DNA of 64,000 nt from an uncultured Candidatus Saccharibacteria bacterium (GTDB lineage: Bacteria; Patescibacteriota; Doudnabacteria; UBA920), in assembly GCA_964594755.1 (NCBI GenBank), contig CAZQMO010000004.1, positions 4,311 to 68,310 on the forward strand, written 5' to 3'. Each line of letters starts with the position of its first letter. The stretch's first letter is position 1. Below are positions 26,954 through 37,093 of the stretch, one piece after another. A program made the translations under genes and the position numbers. Below the pieces are notes generated by a model, which was given only the letters and a program-made list of their open reading frames with translations, made no database searches and had not been told where the DNA came from.

Positions 26954-28861
26954 TTAGACTAATTGGCTTTTAATGGTCTGAGCTTTAGTTTTTCCAACGA
27001 GTTTAATCAGCTCTTCAATCGGCGCGCGTTTGATTTGATCAACAGTGCCGATTTTTTGTTTGAGTAATTTTTTAGTTTTTGGTCCGATTCCTGGAATAGA
27101 ATCAAGAGCAGATTTCGTAGCCTGCTTGCTGCGCAGAGATTTATGGAAAGTTATTCCAAAGCGATGTGCTTCATCACGGAGCCGTTGCAACATTTGAAGA
27201 ACTGGGTTGTCATGACTAAGCACAATCGGTTGTGATTTACCTGGCAGAAAGATTTCTTCGATTCGCTTAGCAAGGCCAATCACAGGAATTTTTAATTTTG
27301 TATCTTTCAAAACCTGTACAGCCACTCCTAGCTGTCCTTTACCACCGTCTATTACTAATAAATCTGGTGCCGGCCAATATCCCCCTCCTTTTAAGGAGGG
27401 GTTAGGGGAGGTGTTAACCCCCTCCAGCTCCCCCTCAAGAGGGGGAGTGATACGCGCCAAACGGCGTTCTAACATCTCGCGCATCATCGCAAAATCATCT
27501 GGAGTTTGTTTCCGCGTAATTTTAAACTTTCGATATTCAGATTTAGCAGCTTGACCATCTTTAATCACCACCATACTCCCGACCGGATTGGTTCCTTGGA
27601 TGTTGCTAATATCGTAACCTTCAATGCGTCGTGGTAAATTTGGGAGTTTAAGTAGCTTCTTTAGGTTACTAAGAATTTCTTGAGTTAAGTCAGCGTTACT
27701 GGCTTGGCTACGTTGCCACTTGAGTAGATGCTCTTTGGCATTTGTTACTCCCATTTGCACAAGCTTCTGTTTCTCTCCTCGGCTTGGAATTGTGATTTTG
27801 ATCGCTTGTTTGCTTCTGGTTCGTAGTAGCTGCTCTAGCAATGAATGGTTGGGCAGTTCAGCTTGAACAAAAATGTCTGTCGGAAGATCAGTTGCCTGCG
27901 CATAATACATTTCCGTAAAAGTTTGCAGGACCTGAGCGGCTCTCTGGTCTTCGGGGATTGCCAGCATGTTGTTGTAAATAAAATTTTCTTTATCCTTAAG
28001 TTTGCCTTCCCGAACCTTAAATAGATTTACAGCCGCAGAAAGATTGTCGATGAAAACAGAGATGATGTCCCAAGAAACTTTCCGAGTCAAGACCGTAAGC
28101 TGTTTTTCTTCTAGAACGCTAATAGCCATAAATTCATCTCTCAGTCTCGCCGCTCTTTCGAATTGTTTGCGTTTGGATGCAGTCTTCATCTCTAACTGTA
28201 GCTGTTTTTTAATTGGCGCAGTCTGCCCGGATAAGAACAGAGAAATTTTCTGCAAATGCTGCTCGTATTCTTCCAAGCTCATCAATCCAATGCAGACGCC
28301 AGGACAGCGGTGCAAAAAATAATAGAAGCAGGGGCGCTTGCCGACTTCTTTGTTGGCGCAAAAATGAAAGACGCGCCTAACTAAATCCAAAGTTTGTCCA
28401 ATCTTTTTGGTAGAGGAGTACGGTCCAAAGAAGCGATCTCTGCTATCAGACTTTTTTTCTACTTTTCTGACGTAACTAATCTGCGGAATCTGGGTGCTGT
28501 GACTGATGTTTATAAATGCATAATTTTTATCATCGCGCAGCATGATATTATACGGCGGCATATACTCTTTGATGAGAGTATTTTCCAAAAACAGGCTTTC
28601 CAGTTCGCTTTGGACAACGATGTAGTCAAAATCTACCGCTTCTGCCATCAAGAAGGGAAGTTGAGGGCGATTATCAGACTTTCCGAAGTACTGTGATAGC
28701 CGAGATTTTAGCCGCTTGGCCTTACCCACATATAAAACAACTCCTTTATCATCAAGGAATTTATAAACACCGGGTTTTTGAGGGACGTCTTTAAGTTTTT
28801 CTCTCAATTGACTCATGAGTTTATTATAGCTAGAATACGCCCTAGAATAAATGGAGGGCAT
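26954..28861 (-). CDS. uvrC: excinuclease ABC subunit C
   Basis: GIY-YIG domain (GVYKFLD...VLYVGKAKRLKSRLSQY), UvrBC-binding region, RNase H-like endonuclease domain and C-terminal (HhH)2. True start may be the internal MSQLREK (28816). Confidence 0.85.
   Translation of the reverse strand: MPSIYSRAYSSYNKLMSQLREKLKDVPQKPGVYKFLDDKGVVLYVGKAKRLKSRLSQYFGKSDNRPQLPFLMAEAVDFDYIVVQSELESLFLENTLIKEYMPPYNIMLRDDKNYAFINISHSTQIPQISYVRKVEKKSDSRDRFFGPYSSTKKIGQTLDLVRRVFHFCANKEVGKRPCFYYFLHRCPGVCIGLMSLEEYEQHLQKISLFLSGQTAPIKKQLQLEMKTASKRKQFERAARLRDEFMAISVLEEKQLTVLTRKVSWDIISVFIDNLSAAVNLFKVREGKLKDKENFIYNNMLAIPEDQRAAQVLQTFTEMYYAQATDLPTDIFVQAELPNHSLLEQLLRTRSKQAIKITIPSRGEKQKLVQMGVTNAKEHLLKWQRSQASNADLTQEILSNLKKLLKLPNLPRRIEGYDISNIQGTNPVGSMVVIKDGQAAKSEYRKFKITRKQTPDDFAMMREMLERRLARITPPLEGELEGVNTSPNPSLKGGGYWPAPDLLVIDGGKGQLGVAVQVLKDTKLKIPVIGLAKRIEEIFLPGKSQPIVLSHDNPVLQMLQRLRDEAHRFGITFHKSLRSKQATKSALDSIPGIGPKTKKLLKQKIGTVDQIKRAPIEELIKLVGKTKAQTIKSQLV
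27378..27445. repeat. in-frame GC-rich triple-palindrome insertion within uvrC coding sequence
   Basis: cccctcctt-tt-aaggagggg, aggggagg...ccccctcc and ctccccc-tcaaga-gggggag encode PPLEGELEGVNTSPNPSLKGG, inserted between the conserved RRL and PDLLVIDGGKGQ positions of UvrC. Confidence 0.6.
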
Positions 28862-29368
28862 ATGTCAGAAAAAACCAGTAAGATGCAACAGTGGTTGATC
28901 CATGAGCTTAAAAATGGATTAACGTCGGATTTAGTTTTTCATTCATTCCTGTTTGGTGTGCTTACAGTGATAGTGAGCCAAAACTTTTATGATTATTTAT
29001 CAGGATGGGGTGCGATCCTGGGATGGTCTATCATCCTAGCCTTGATGGGATTACTTTTGTTTCTGTTATTTCACATCCAGAAGGTTGATCAGTACTTGAC
29101 TGCGCAGAATGAGATCTCTGACCTGGTTCGTGAATGCCTGGAACAGGTTGAGCTACTTCGTCCCAATTTACAGAGCGGCACGGTGTATACTTTGACAGAA
29201 GGGTATTATGCCTATAGTGTTGTGAAGTCTGTAGCTAGGCTGCTAGAAAACTCTTTAGGTCTCGGCCGTGTTGAGCCAGGCCCAATCAACTTTGATGGAG
29301 GAAAATATTTTGTGAAAATTCAATTGCACTATGATGGTAAACTTCCGCAACAAGAGCTTACGGGGTAG
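28862..29368 (+). CDS. membrane protein, hypothetical
   Basis: Start chosen at [11 protein letters not shown], divergent from uvrC; two TM helices. Confidence 0.45.
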   Translation: MSEKTSKMQQWLIHELKNGLTSDLVFHSFLFGVLTVIVSQNFYDYLSGWGAILGWSIILALMGLLLFLLFHIQKVDQYLTAQNEISDLVRECLEQVELLRPNLQSGTVYTLTEGYYAYSVVKSVARLLENSLGLGRVEPGPINFDGGKYFVKIQLHYDGKLPQQELTG

Positions 29369-29433
29369 GCTCTTGTTTTTTGTTGAAAATTCTGCTAGCG
29401 TTATTAAAGTTTGATATTTCATTTAATTTGAAC

Positions 29434-32316
29434 ATGGCTAAGAAAAATACTAAGAAAAACTCTGATTCTAGTAGTAATCCAGAGCACAAAATTGTTATCC
29501 GTGGTGCACGCGTACACAATCTTAAAAATGTAGACTTAGATTTACCGCGCCATAAGTTGATTGTCATGACAGGCTTGTCGGGTAGCGGCAAGTCTTCTTT
29601 AGCTTTTGATACGATTTACGCTGAAGGCCAGCGTCGGTATGTTGAATCACTTTCCGCTTATGCTCGTCAGTTCATTGGCTTAATGGATAAACCAGATGTC
29701 GATAAGATTGAGGGCCTTAGTCCAGCGATTTCGATTGATCAAAAGAGCGCCTCTCATAATCCACGTTCAACTGTAGGAACTGTTACTGAAATCTATGATT
29801 ACATGCGGTTGCTTTATGCTCGCATTGGGATTCCTCATTGTCCGGAGTGTGGTCTTAAGATAGAAGGTCAAACTTTGCAAGCTATGGTAGATAATTTATT
29901 GGCTGTACCTGAAGGAACCCGAGCCATGTTGTTGGCTCAAGTCATTAAAGATCAAAAAGGTGAACATAAATTAGTGTTTGAGCAACTCAAGAAATCGGGA
30001 TTTTCACGGTTGCGCGTTGATGGGCAGATGATGGATTTAACTGAAGCAGCTAATTTGAATCTGGATAAGCAAAAGAAGCACACTATTGAAGTTATTGTTG
30101 ACCGTTTAGCTATTAGTAGAGAAGATCGAGCCCGTTTATCAGAAAGTTTGGAAAAGGCTTTGGACTACGGTGATGGTTCAGCGTTGGTTTTGGTTATGGA
30201 TGGTGACGCTATTAAGAAAGAAATTCCATTGTCGCAGAAGTTTGCTTGCCCGAAGGGTCATGCTATTAGTTTAACTGAACTTGATCCACGCGAATTTTCA
30301 TTTAACAGCCCTCATGGTGCTTGTCCGGATTGTAAAGGTTTGGGTACCAAGCTAACCGTTGAACCTGATTTAGTGATTCCTAATCCAAAGCTAACCTTGG
30401 CCGAAGGCGCGGTTCGTCCTTGGAGTAAAACTACTTCCCGAGTGTCCTGGTATTCCCGAGTGTTGGAATCCATTGCCAATGAGTATGGTTTTTCGGTGAG
30501 CGTTCCAGTTAAAGATTTATCAAAGAAAGCTATTGATATCATTTTGTATGGCACTGGTGGTAAGAAAGTTACCATGCCAACCGAAGGCGGCCGTGCTTAT
30601 CAAGCTAATTTTGAAGGTGTCTTGGCTCAACTAGAGCGTCGTTGGCGCGAAACTGATTCAGAATACATGCGTAGTGAGATTGAAAACTATATGCGTATCC
30701 GCAAGTGTTCAACTTGTGGTGGCAAACGACTTAAGCCAGAGGTATTGTCTGTGACTGTGGGTGGAGAAGGTATTGTTGATGTTTCCAATAAGTCTATTGA
30801 GGACGCGGCCATCTTTTTTGAAAAACTACCAACCAATTTAAACGCCAAAGAAATGGCCATTGCCAAGCTGATTCTCAAGGAAATCACTGCGCGGTTGCAG
30901 TTTTTGTTGGATGTTGGCTTGTCTTATTTGTCTTTAGATCGTGGCGCCGACACTTTGAGTGGTGGAGAAGCACAGCGTATTCGCTTAGCAACTCAGATTG
31001 GTTCTGGGTTAACAGGGGTGCTCTATATTTTAGATGAACCTTCTATTGGTTTGCACCAACGGGACAACACCCGATTATTGGGTACGCTCAAGAATCTTCG
31101 TGATTTAGGTAACACTGTGATTGTGGTTGAACATGACGAAGAAACTATTCGCGAAGCTGACCACGTGGTAGATATCGGTCCTGGCGCTGGTAAGCACGGT
31201 GGTGAAGTAGTTTCAGAAGGAACCCCTGAAGCTATAGAAAAAGATAAAAATTCGATTACCGGACAATACTTAAGTGGTAAAGAGTTGATCGAGATTCCAA
31301 AGCGTCGTCGTAGCGGTAACGGTAAGAAGTTGCAGATTATGGGTGCAGTAGAAAACAACCTTCAGAATGTGAATGTTGATATTCCTCTAGGTAAGTTTGT
31401 TTGTATTACTGGTGTTTCAGGCAGCGGAAAATCAACTTTATTGAATGATATTTTAGCCAAAGCTTTGTCTAAGTATTTTTGGAACAGTAAAGATGAACCA
31501 GGTGAGCACAAAAAACTGCTTGGGATTGATCATATTGATAAGATGATCAACATTGACCAGTCACCGATTGGTCGTACGCCGCGTAGCAACCCAGCAACTT
31601 ATACAGGGATATTTACTTACATTCGGGATTTATTTGCTGATACCCGCGAGGCCAAAATGAAAGGGTATAAAGCTGGCCGCTTTAGTTTTAACGTTAAAGG
31701 TGGCCGTTGTGAAAAATGCCAAGGTGATGGTGTGATTAAAGTAGAGATGAATTTCTTACCTGATGTTTACATCACTTGTGAAGAATGTGCTGGAAAGCGC
31801 TATAATCGTGAAGCTTTGGAAATTCATTACAATGGTAAAACTATTTCTGATGTCTTGGAGATGACTGTTGATGAAGCAAAGCAGTTCTATGCGAATGTGC
31901 CACCAGTAAAGCGTAAGCTTGATACTTTATCAGAAGTAGGGTTGGGTTATATGCATTTGGGTCAGAACGCTACAACTTTGAGTGGTGGGGAAGCACAGCG
32001 TATTAAACTCGCTACTGAATTATCTCGCGCTTCAACTGGTCGCACTTTGTACATCTTAGATGAGCCAACAACTGGCTTGCACTTTGCGGATGTAAAGCGA
32101 CTAATTCATGTTTTGAATCAACTGGTGGAGAAGGGTAATACTGTAATTGTTATCGAACATAACTTGGATATGATTAAGACCGCCGATTGGATTATTGATC
32201 TTGGCCCAGAAGGCGGCGATAAAGGTGGTAAGGTGGTTGCCTCAGGCACCCCAGAAGACGTTGCAAAAGTTAAAGGTAGTTTTACCGGACAGTATTTAAA
32301 GAAAATGCTTAAATAA
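29434..32316 (+). CDS. uvrA: excinuclease ABC subunit A
   Basis: Two ABC ATPase modules ([12 protein letters not shown] and [13 protein letters not shown]), LSGGEAQRI signatures, and zinc fingers ([13 protein letters not shown]...CEEC). Confidence 0.9.
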   Translation: MAKKNTKKNSDSSSNPEHKIVIRGARVHNLKNVDLDLPRHKLIVMTGLSGSGKSSLAFDTIYAEGQRRYVESLSAYARQFIGLMDKPDVDKIEGLSPAISIDQKSASHNPRSTVGTVTEIYDYMRLLYARIGIPHCPECGLKIEGQTLQAMVDNLLAVPEGTRAMLLAQVIKDQKGEHKLVFEQLKKSGFSRLRVDGQMMDLTEAANLNLDKQKKHTIEVIVDRLAISREDRARLSESLEKALDYGDGSALVLVMDGDAIKKEIPLSQKFACPKGHAISLTELDPREFSFNSPHGACPDCKGLGTKLTVEPDLVIPNPKLTLAEGAVRPWSKTTSRVSWYSRVLESIANEYGFSVSVPVKDLSKKAIDIILYGTGGKKVTMPTEGGRAYQANFEGVLAQLERRWRETDSEYMRSEIENYMRIRKCSTCGGKRLKPEVLSVTVGGEGIVDVSNKSIEDAAIFFEKLPTNLNAKEMAIAKLILKEITARLQFLLDVGLSYLSLDRGADTLSGGEAQRIRLATQIGSGLTGVLYILDEPSIGLHQRDNTRLLGTLKNLRDLGNTVIVVEHDEETIREADHVVDIGPGAGKHGGEVVSEGTPEAIEKDKNSITGQYLSGKELIEIPKRRRSGNGKKLQIMGAVENNLQNVNVDIPLGKFVCITGVSGSGKSTLLNDILAKALSKYFWNSKDEPGEHKKLLGIDHIDKMINIDQSPIGRTPRSNPATYTGIFTYIRDLFADTREAKMKGYKAGRFSFNVKGGRCEKCQGDGVIKVEMNFLPDVYITCEECAGKRYNREALEIHYNGKTISDVLEMTVDEAKQFYANVPPVKRKLDTLSEVGLGYMHLGQNATTLSGGEAQRIKLATELSRASTGRTLYILDEPTTGLHFADVKRLIHVLNQLVEKGNTVIVIEHNLDMIKTADWIIDLGPEGGDKGGKVVASGTPEDVAKVKGSFTGQYLKKMLK

Positions 32317-32320
32317 AATT

Positions 32321-32352
32321 CCCCGCATCATTAAGTGTGATGCGGGGTTTTG
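32321..32352 (+). terminator. rho-independent terminator
   Basis: ccccgcatca-ttaagtg-tgatgcgggg followed by ttttgc. Confidence 0.7.
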
Positions 32353-32606
32353 CTTAGCAGGACGGAAAGTGGCCGCTTACTAGACCCATAGTGAATGCGG
32401 CGGGATTGCCAGGATTATGTTCTTCATCTAGTTTCGTCTGACAAGAATCTTGTTTGCTTCGAGAGATGAGTATATCAAGCACTACCTCGTTGCAAACCCG
32501 TGACTTATTAATCTTAGGATTTTCTAAAACCTGTTTTGCAATCTTCATTGTTGCCAGAAATTGCTCTGAGGTATTTGTAGTTTCCATTTGTCCTCCTGAT
32601 TGAAAT

Positions 32607-32975
32607 CTACCTTCTATAATTCAAGTATATCAAGGAAATAATCTTTGACAAGTTAATACCTATCAGTGCTGCCAGTAACCAATAATCCAATTGATGGGTT
32701 ATAAAAATTTGATAGATGACACCTAGAGAAAGAATTACAGTTCCAGTTATCATTGCAAAACGGTTTGCCACTCGACGGTGGTGTAAATCGCGTTCATCTT
32801 CAGTTTTACCTTCACCGATTAGCGACATAGCGACAACGTACAAGCCCAAAGCTACGCTGATTCCAAGCATGGTGCCCATATCCATCGCGTCTTTGGTTTG
32901 TGTATGCGAAACCAGGTAGCCAGTAACCATGGCCAAAAATACGAGCAAGGATAGGTAATAGAAAATTAACTTCAT
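32607..32975 (-). CDS. small polytopic membrane protein partnered with XRE regulator
   Basis: Four TM helices; 15 nt downstream of the HTH gene in the same operon. Confidence 0.5.
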   Translation of the reverse strand: MKLIFYYLSLLVFLAMVTGYLVSHTQTKDAMDMGTMLGISVALGLYVVAMSLIGEGKTEDERDLHHRRVANRFAMITGTVILSLGVIYQIFITHQLDYWLLAALIGINLSKIISLIYLNYRR

Positions 32976-32992
32976 AGATTTAGTTTAGCAAA

Positions 32993-33208
32993 TTATTGGC
33001 GTTTAAAAATATGTTCAATTGGTTTTTGAAAATGTTCGGCAATTTGCATAGCTAATAACAGTGAAGGAACATAATTGCCCTTTTCTATTGCAATTACAGT
33101 TTGTCTGGACACGCCCAAAGCTGCCGCCAAGTCTTCTTGGGTGATGTTTTGTTCGGTACGGAGTTTTTTAATCTGATTTTCTATCATATTTGTAAGAAGC
33201 CGAAGCAT
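32993..33208 (-). CDS. XRE-family helix-turn-helix transcriptional regulator
   Basis: QNITQEDLAAALGVSRQTVIAIEKGNYVPSLLLAMQIA is a Cro/C1-type HTH. Confidence 0.7.
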   Translation of the reverse strand: MLRLLTNMIENQIKKLRTEQNITQEDLAAALGVSRQTVIAIEKGNYVPSLLLAMQIAEHFQKPIEHIFKRQ

Positions 33209-33213
33209 CTGGT

Positions 33214-34269
33214 TTAGCCGAAAGTAAATGTAAATATTTCAATTCCTGACTCAGGCATTTCGATTTCAAGAATATGGTTACCAGCCTGCGCCTCATCATA
33301 TAGAGGATATAGATCAGAGGCGCTAATGGAAACTCCTTTTTGGAGTTTGCCATCGATATATACTTTAACTGTGATTGGTTTGGTGCTTTGCGCAACCATA
33401 AAAACTTTTGCCGCTGTAAAATTGAGGCGTAGCCGGCCGTAACCATTAGTATGGACTACCGCTTCGGGGTCAAACCGCCAGCGACCTTCCAAAGCGAAAT
33501 TGTTTTTCGCTAGTCTTTTTGGGAACGCATAAATTTGTTCACTAGGTAGCGGTTGCTCTGGACCGCCAAAGTTTTTTAATCGTAAACTACCCAAGTAAAT
33601 TTCAGGAGTACCAGCTTGGTTTTCTTCAGAAACCGGCGGTGGAGTAAATTCACCTTCTAATCCCAATAAGGTGCGAATGGCTTTTTCGGTTTGTTCGTAC
33701 TGGCCTTCACCAAAATGGGTGTAAACTATATCACCATTTTTATCTATCAAGTAATGCGCTGGCCAAAATTGATTTTGAAAAGCGCGCCAGGTGGTGTAAT
33801 TATTATCTTGCGCCACTGGATAATTGATGGAGTAGCGCTTGGTCGCGGTTTCTACATTGCTCGCTACACGCTCAAAGGCAAACTCGGGAGTATGGATTCC
33901 TAGTACGACAAATCCTTGGTCTTTATAAGTGTCATACCACTTGGTCACATAAGGTAAGGTGCGAATACAATTGATGCACGAGTAAGTCCAGAAATCTACC
34001 AATACTACTTTTCCTTGCAGCTCCGCTAAAGTTAGAGGGTCACTATTAAACCATTTTTGTAGACCAGTGAGTTCTGGCGCTGGGCCGAGGTTTTTAAAGA
34101 TAGGATTATTAATTTGGCCTGGTTCTTGTTTTGATTCAGTCACTGGTTGCTTGGCTCCGAATGATAGATTCAAAAAATTTCCTTCAGGATTGCGGTACTG
34201 TAAAAACAAACCAGAAGCAACCAATAAGACTATAAGAATTAAGATGTAGGGAAGCGCCTTTTTGAACAT
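33214..34269 (-). CDS. membrane-anchored thioredoxin-fold thiol:disulfide oxidoreductase (TlpA/ResA-like) with extra C-terminal domain
   Basis: N-terminal TM helix; WTYSCINCIRTLPYV CxxC in a redoxin fold; ~140-aa C-terminal beta-rich domain. Confidence 0.65.
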   Translation of the reverse strand: MFKKALPYILILIVLLVASGLFLQYRNPEGNFLNLSFGAKQPVTESKQEPGQINNPIFKNLGPAPELTGLQKWFNSDPLTLAELQGKVVLVDFWTYSCINCIRTLPYVTKWYDTYKDQGFVVLGIHTPEFAFERVASNVETATKRYSINYPVAQDNNYTTWRAFQNQFWPAHYLIDKNGDIVYTHFGEGQYEQTEKAIRTLLGLEGEFTPPPVSEENQAGTPEIYLGSLRLKNFGGPEQPLPSEQIYAFPKRLAKNNFALEGRWRFDPEAVVHTNGYGRLRLNFTAAKVFMVAQSTKPITVKVYIDGKLQKGVSISASDLYPLYDEAQAGNHILEIEMPESGIEIFTFTFG

Positions 34270-34988
34270 TAGCGATCAGGATTGATGAACTTAGTTTCTA
34301 GATTACCAAAATCGTAGACTTCTAAGATCTTAGTTTGCAGAACTGTATCATAGCCGAAATATATAGCTGCTGCCATTAAGATAATCAGCACTCCAAATAT
34401 TTGTTGAATGCGCACGGTATATGGGGCAATAGCTCGAACTTTTTCGGCAGCCAACTGACCGCCATAAGCAATAATTAACATTGGTAAAGCAGCTCCAATG
34501 GCATATGCAATGAGTAGAATGGACGCAGCCGCGATATCTGTTCGTGTGGCAATCAAAGTAAGAATTGATCCCAGAACTGGACCTGCACAAGGCGTCCAGA
34601 TGATTCCTAAAATTACGCCGAGAACGAAACCACCAACGTTACCATTTCCTGCACTACGACTCCATCCTGTAGCTTTTGTGGAGAAATTACTGAGGTAAGC
34701 AGTTAGTTTTTCGAATGGAGTTGGCCAAATCATCAATACTCCAAAAATTGCCAACAAAACTACAGCGATATGGCGCAAGTTATTTGGGTCAATATCTAAA
34801 GTAGTGGTGATATAGGATAGTGTTAATCCTAAAACGGCGAAAGTGATTGCAAAACCACCAGCAATGAATAGCGGCCGAGTTTTACTTCCACCAATAGAAC
34901 TGCCCAGTAAAATTGGGAGTAGGGGAAGGATGCAGGGCGCACCGATTGTTAGTACGCCCGCTAGAACTGCAAAGATAATTTCTAACAT
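34269..34988 (-). CDS. ccdA: cytochrome c-type biogenesis protein CcdA / DsbD-family thiol-disulfide transporter
   Basis: Six TM helices with paired conserved Cys (GAPCILPLLP ... WTPCAGPVLG). Confidence 0.75.
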   Translation of the reverse strand: MLEIIFAVLAGVLTIGAPCILPLLPILLGSSIGGSKTRPLFIAGGFAITFAVLGLTLSYITTTLDIDPNNLRHIAVVLLAIFGVLMIWPTPFEKLTAYLSNFSTKATGWSRSAGNGNVGGFVLGVILGIIWTPCAGPVLGSILTLIATRTDIAAASILLIAYAIGAALPMLIIAYGGQLAAEKVRAIAPYTVRIQQIFGVLIILMAAAIYFGYDTVLQTKILEVYDFGNLETKFINPDR

Positions 34989-35014
34989 GATTGGTTAATC
35001 GCAGAACGCAATTT

Positions 35015-35560
35015 TTATTTAATATTTTTGATTAGTGCATCAATGTCACCGCTTATCCACTTTGTCACTAGCTCGCCATTGTTATCAATTTGAACAAACG
35101 TGTGTTGTGTAGTAACGCCATATTTGGTTTTAAGTTCGGTGTTAGAGTCGTAATCAGTTTTTAACACCGTGACACCTGCAGGGATTTTATCCATACTAGT
35201 TTTGAACGCGCTATCAGCTGTTCGGCAGAATGGACACCATGGCGCATGAAAGAACAATACCACTTTATTTCCAGCTTGTTGTTCAGAGGAAACAGTGCTT
35301 TCCGAGTAATCCTTGTAACTGCCAGATTTTTCCATCATGACCTCACTAGATTCCATTTTGTCTTCTGACATCATTTTGTCGTTGTCTTTGGCCATCAGAG
35401 AATTATCTTCTATCATGGCACCATCTTTTTCTTGCATCATGGCGTCACCAGTGACCCGATCCGAAGCAACGTCAGAATTAGAATTATTATTGACTACAAG
35501 TACTGCGGCGATAATCACTGCCAGCACTCCAAGTCCAATCCAAATATATTTTTGATTCAT
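35015..35560 (-). CDS. membrane-anchored thioredoxin-like protein with Met-rich linker
   Basis: N-terminal TM helix, a Met-rich segment (MMQEKDGAMIEDNSLMAKDNDKMMSEDKMESSEVMMEK), and a WCPFC thioredoxin motif. Confidence 0.65.
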   Translation of the reverse strand: MNQKYIWIGLGVLAVIIAAVLVVNNNSNSDVASDRVTGDAMMQEKDGAMIEDNSLMAKDNDKMMSEDKMESSEVMMEKSGSYKDYSESTVSSEQQAGNKVVLFFHAPWCPFCRTADSAFKTSMDKIPAGVTVLKTDYDSNTELKTKYGVTTQHTFVQIDNNGELVTKWISGDIDALIKNIK

Positions 35561-35681
35561 AAAACTCCTTGATTAATTAGTTTTATTATATAGGCTATTA
35601 ATTTAATGTCAAGTGGACTTTACATTGATTTATACACAGACTTTATTTATAGTAAAAAATAGATTTTAGAGGAGGATAGCG

Positions 35682-36269
35682 ATGAAAAGTTATGAATTTT
35701 TAATTGTCTTCTCAGGAAATTACAGAAGGATCCTGATGACAGAAACCAGTCCTAGAATTTTCTCTTTTGAACTGCCGATGGTAAAGGTGTTTTCTAACCA
35801 GGATGATGCTGAGCTATGGGCAGAGTCAAGCGAGGCGTTTTTCTACAACCCTGAACTCGACTGGGTTCAAAAAAAGCACAAAGTCTATAATCTGGCCAAG
35901 ATTAGCAGCCGTGATTACTTTTTGGACTGCATCACCCCGTTTTTTAAAAACAGTCTCAAAGAAGAAATCGAGGGTTTGGTTTTCCAGTTCATGGCAGATA
36001 ATTATCAGTCGCAGTTTCGGGGCGTTATGATGCGGCTGCTAGGCAAAGCAGAATATCCTGACATTGAGAATCGTAATCAGGCCTTCGCAAAATTCATTCA
36101 GCGACCGCTCGAACTTGAACTTGCTCATCAATTAGCTCATTTTAAGGAGTTTTTTAGCGGTGATGTTGGTGTGATTATAGAGAATGCCTTGATGCAATTT
36201 TTCAAAGACAAGGAGCCATACCAGGAGTCCGTTCCGGATAAAGCGGTAGGCAATGACAAAGTTTTTTAG
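35682..36269 (+). CDS. hypothetical protein (195 aa)
   Basis: ggaggat SD; no family recognised; its stop overlaps the CIRCE element. Confidence 0.5.
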   Translation: MKSYEFLIVFSGNYRRILMTETSPRIFSFELPMVKVFSNQDDAELWAESSEAFFYNPELDWVQKKHKVYNLAKISSRDYFLDCITPFFKNSLKEEIEGLVFQFMADNYQSQFRGVMMRLLGKAEYPDIENRNQAFAKFIQRPLELELAHQLAHFKEFFSGDVGVIIENALMQFFKDKEPYQESVPDKAVGNDKVF

Positions 36270-36292
36270 CACTCTGCTTGACAGAGTGCTAA
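36266..36292. promoter_or_regulatory. CIRCE operator (HrcA binding site) with embedded promoter
   Basis: TTAGCACTC-tgcttgaca-GAGTGCTAA is a perfect match to the CIRCE consensus. TTGACA sits inside the spacer and TATCTT lies 17 nt downstream. Confidence 0.8.
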
Positions 36293-36337
36293 TTTTTTTA
36301 TATCTTAAAATTACTGTGCATTAACTATATAAACGTT

Positions 36338-37093
36338 ATGCCTCACAATTCAGAAATCACCCAAAGACAAGCCAAAGTTTTAGCTTGTATCGTCAAACTT
36401 CATAGCGAAACAGGCAAACCTGTGGCTTCCAAAGAGCTGATTGAAAAAGGCTACTTTGATGTCAGTGGTGCAACCTTGCGCAATGAGATGCAGGCGCTTG
36501 AAGAAGCTGGTTTAATCACTCATCCGCATACTTCGAGTGGTCGCATCCCGACAGACGAAGGGTTCCGTTACTTTGTGAACCAACTCATGGATCACGTTGA
36601 GCTTTCCATCAAAGAACGCCAAGCTCTTAAAGCGGAGATTCTTAAACTCCAAGCCGTAAATGCAGAAATAGGTCGGCGCTTAGCAAAAATTCTTTCTCTG
36701 CATTCCTCACAGGCTTCGTTTGCCATCCTTCCAGAAGAAGTTTCTTCAACTGGAATTTCTAATATCCTAGACAACGATCAGTTGTTACCAGAAGATGCTA
36801 AAGAGATTGCTCGCTTCTTTGATAATTTGGATGATTACGCCGATCAAATTATTGCTGATTACTCGGATAAAGAACCTCAAACCTTCATTGGTAAGGAGTT
36901 AACTCTTTCCAAAGGGAGTGATTACTCTATGATTGTTTCTGGCGTTAAACTGCCGTCAGGAAAGAAAGGTGTAATCGGTTTGGTTGGCCCAAAAAGCATG
37001 AAGTACCCAAAGAATATTTCTTTAATGGAGTACATCAGTAAGTTTTTGGGAGGCGGGGGAGCCGCAATACTATTAATTTCAATTACCACATAG
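36338..37093 (+). CDS. hrcA: heat-inducible transcription repressor HrcA (compact form)
   Basis: Sits downstream of CIRCE and upstream of grpE-dnaK. N-terminal wHTH (RQAKVLACIVKLHSETGKPVASKELIE) and C-terminal GVIGLVGPKSMKY motif. Confidence 0.8.
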   Translation: MPHNSEITQRQAKVLACIVKLHSETGKPVASKELIEKGYFDVSGATLRNEMQALEEAGLITHPHTSSGRIPTDEGFRYFVNQLMDHVELSIKERQALKAEILKLQAVNAEIGRRLAKILSLHSSQASFAILPEEVSSTGISNILDNDQLLPEDAKEIARFFDNLDDYADQIIADYSDKEPQTFIGKELTLSKGSDYSMIVSGVKLPSGKKGVIGLVGPKSMKYPKNISLMEYISKFLGGGGAAILLISITT

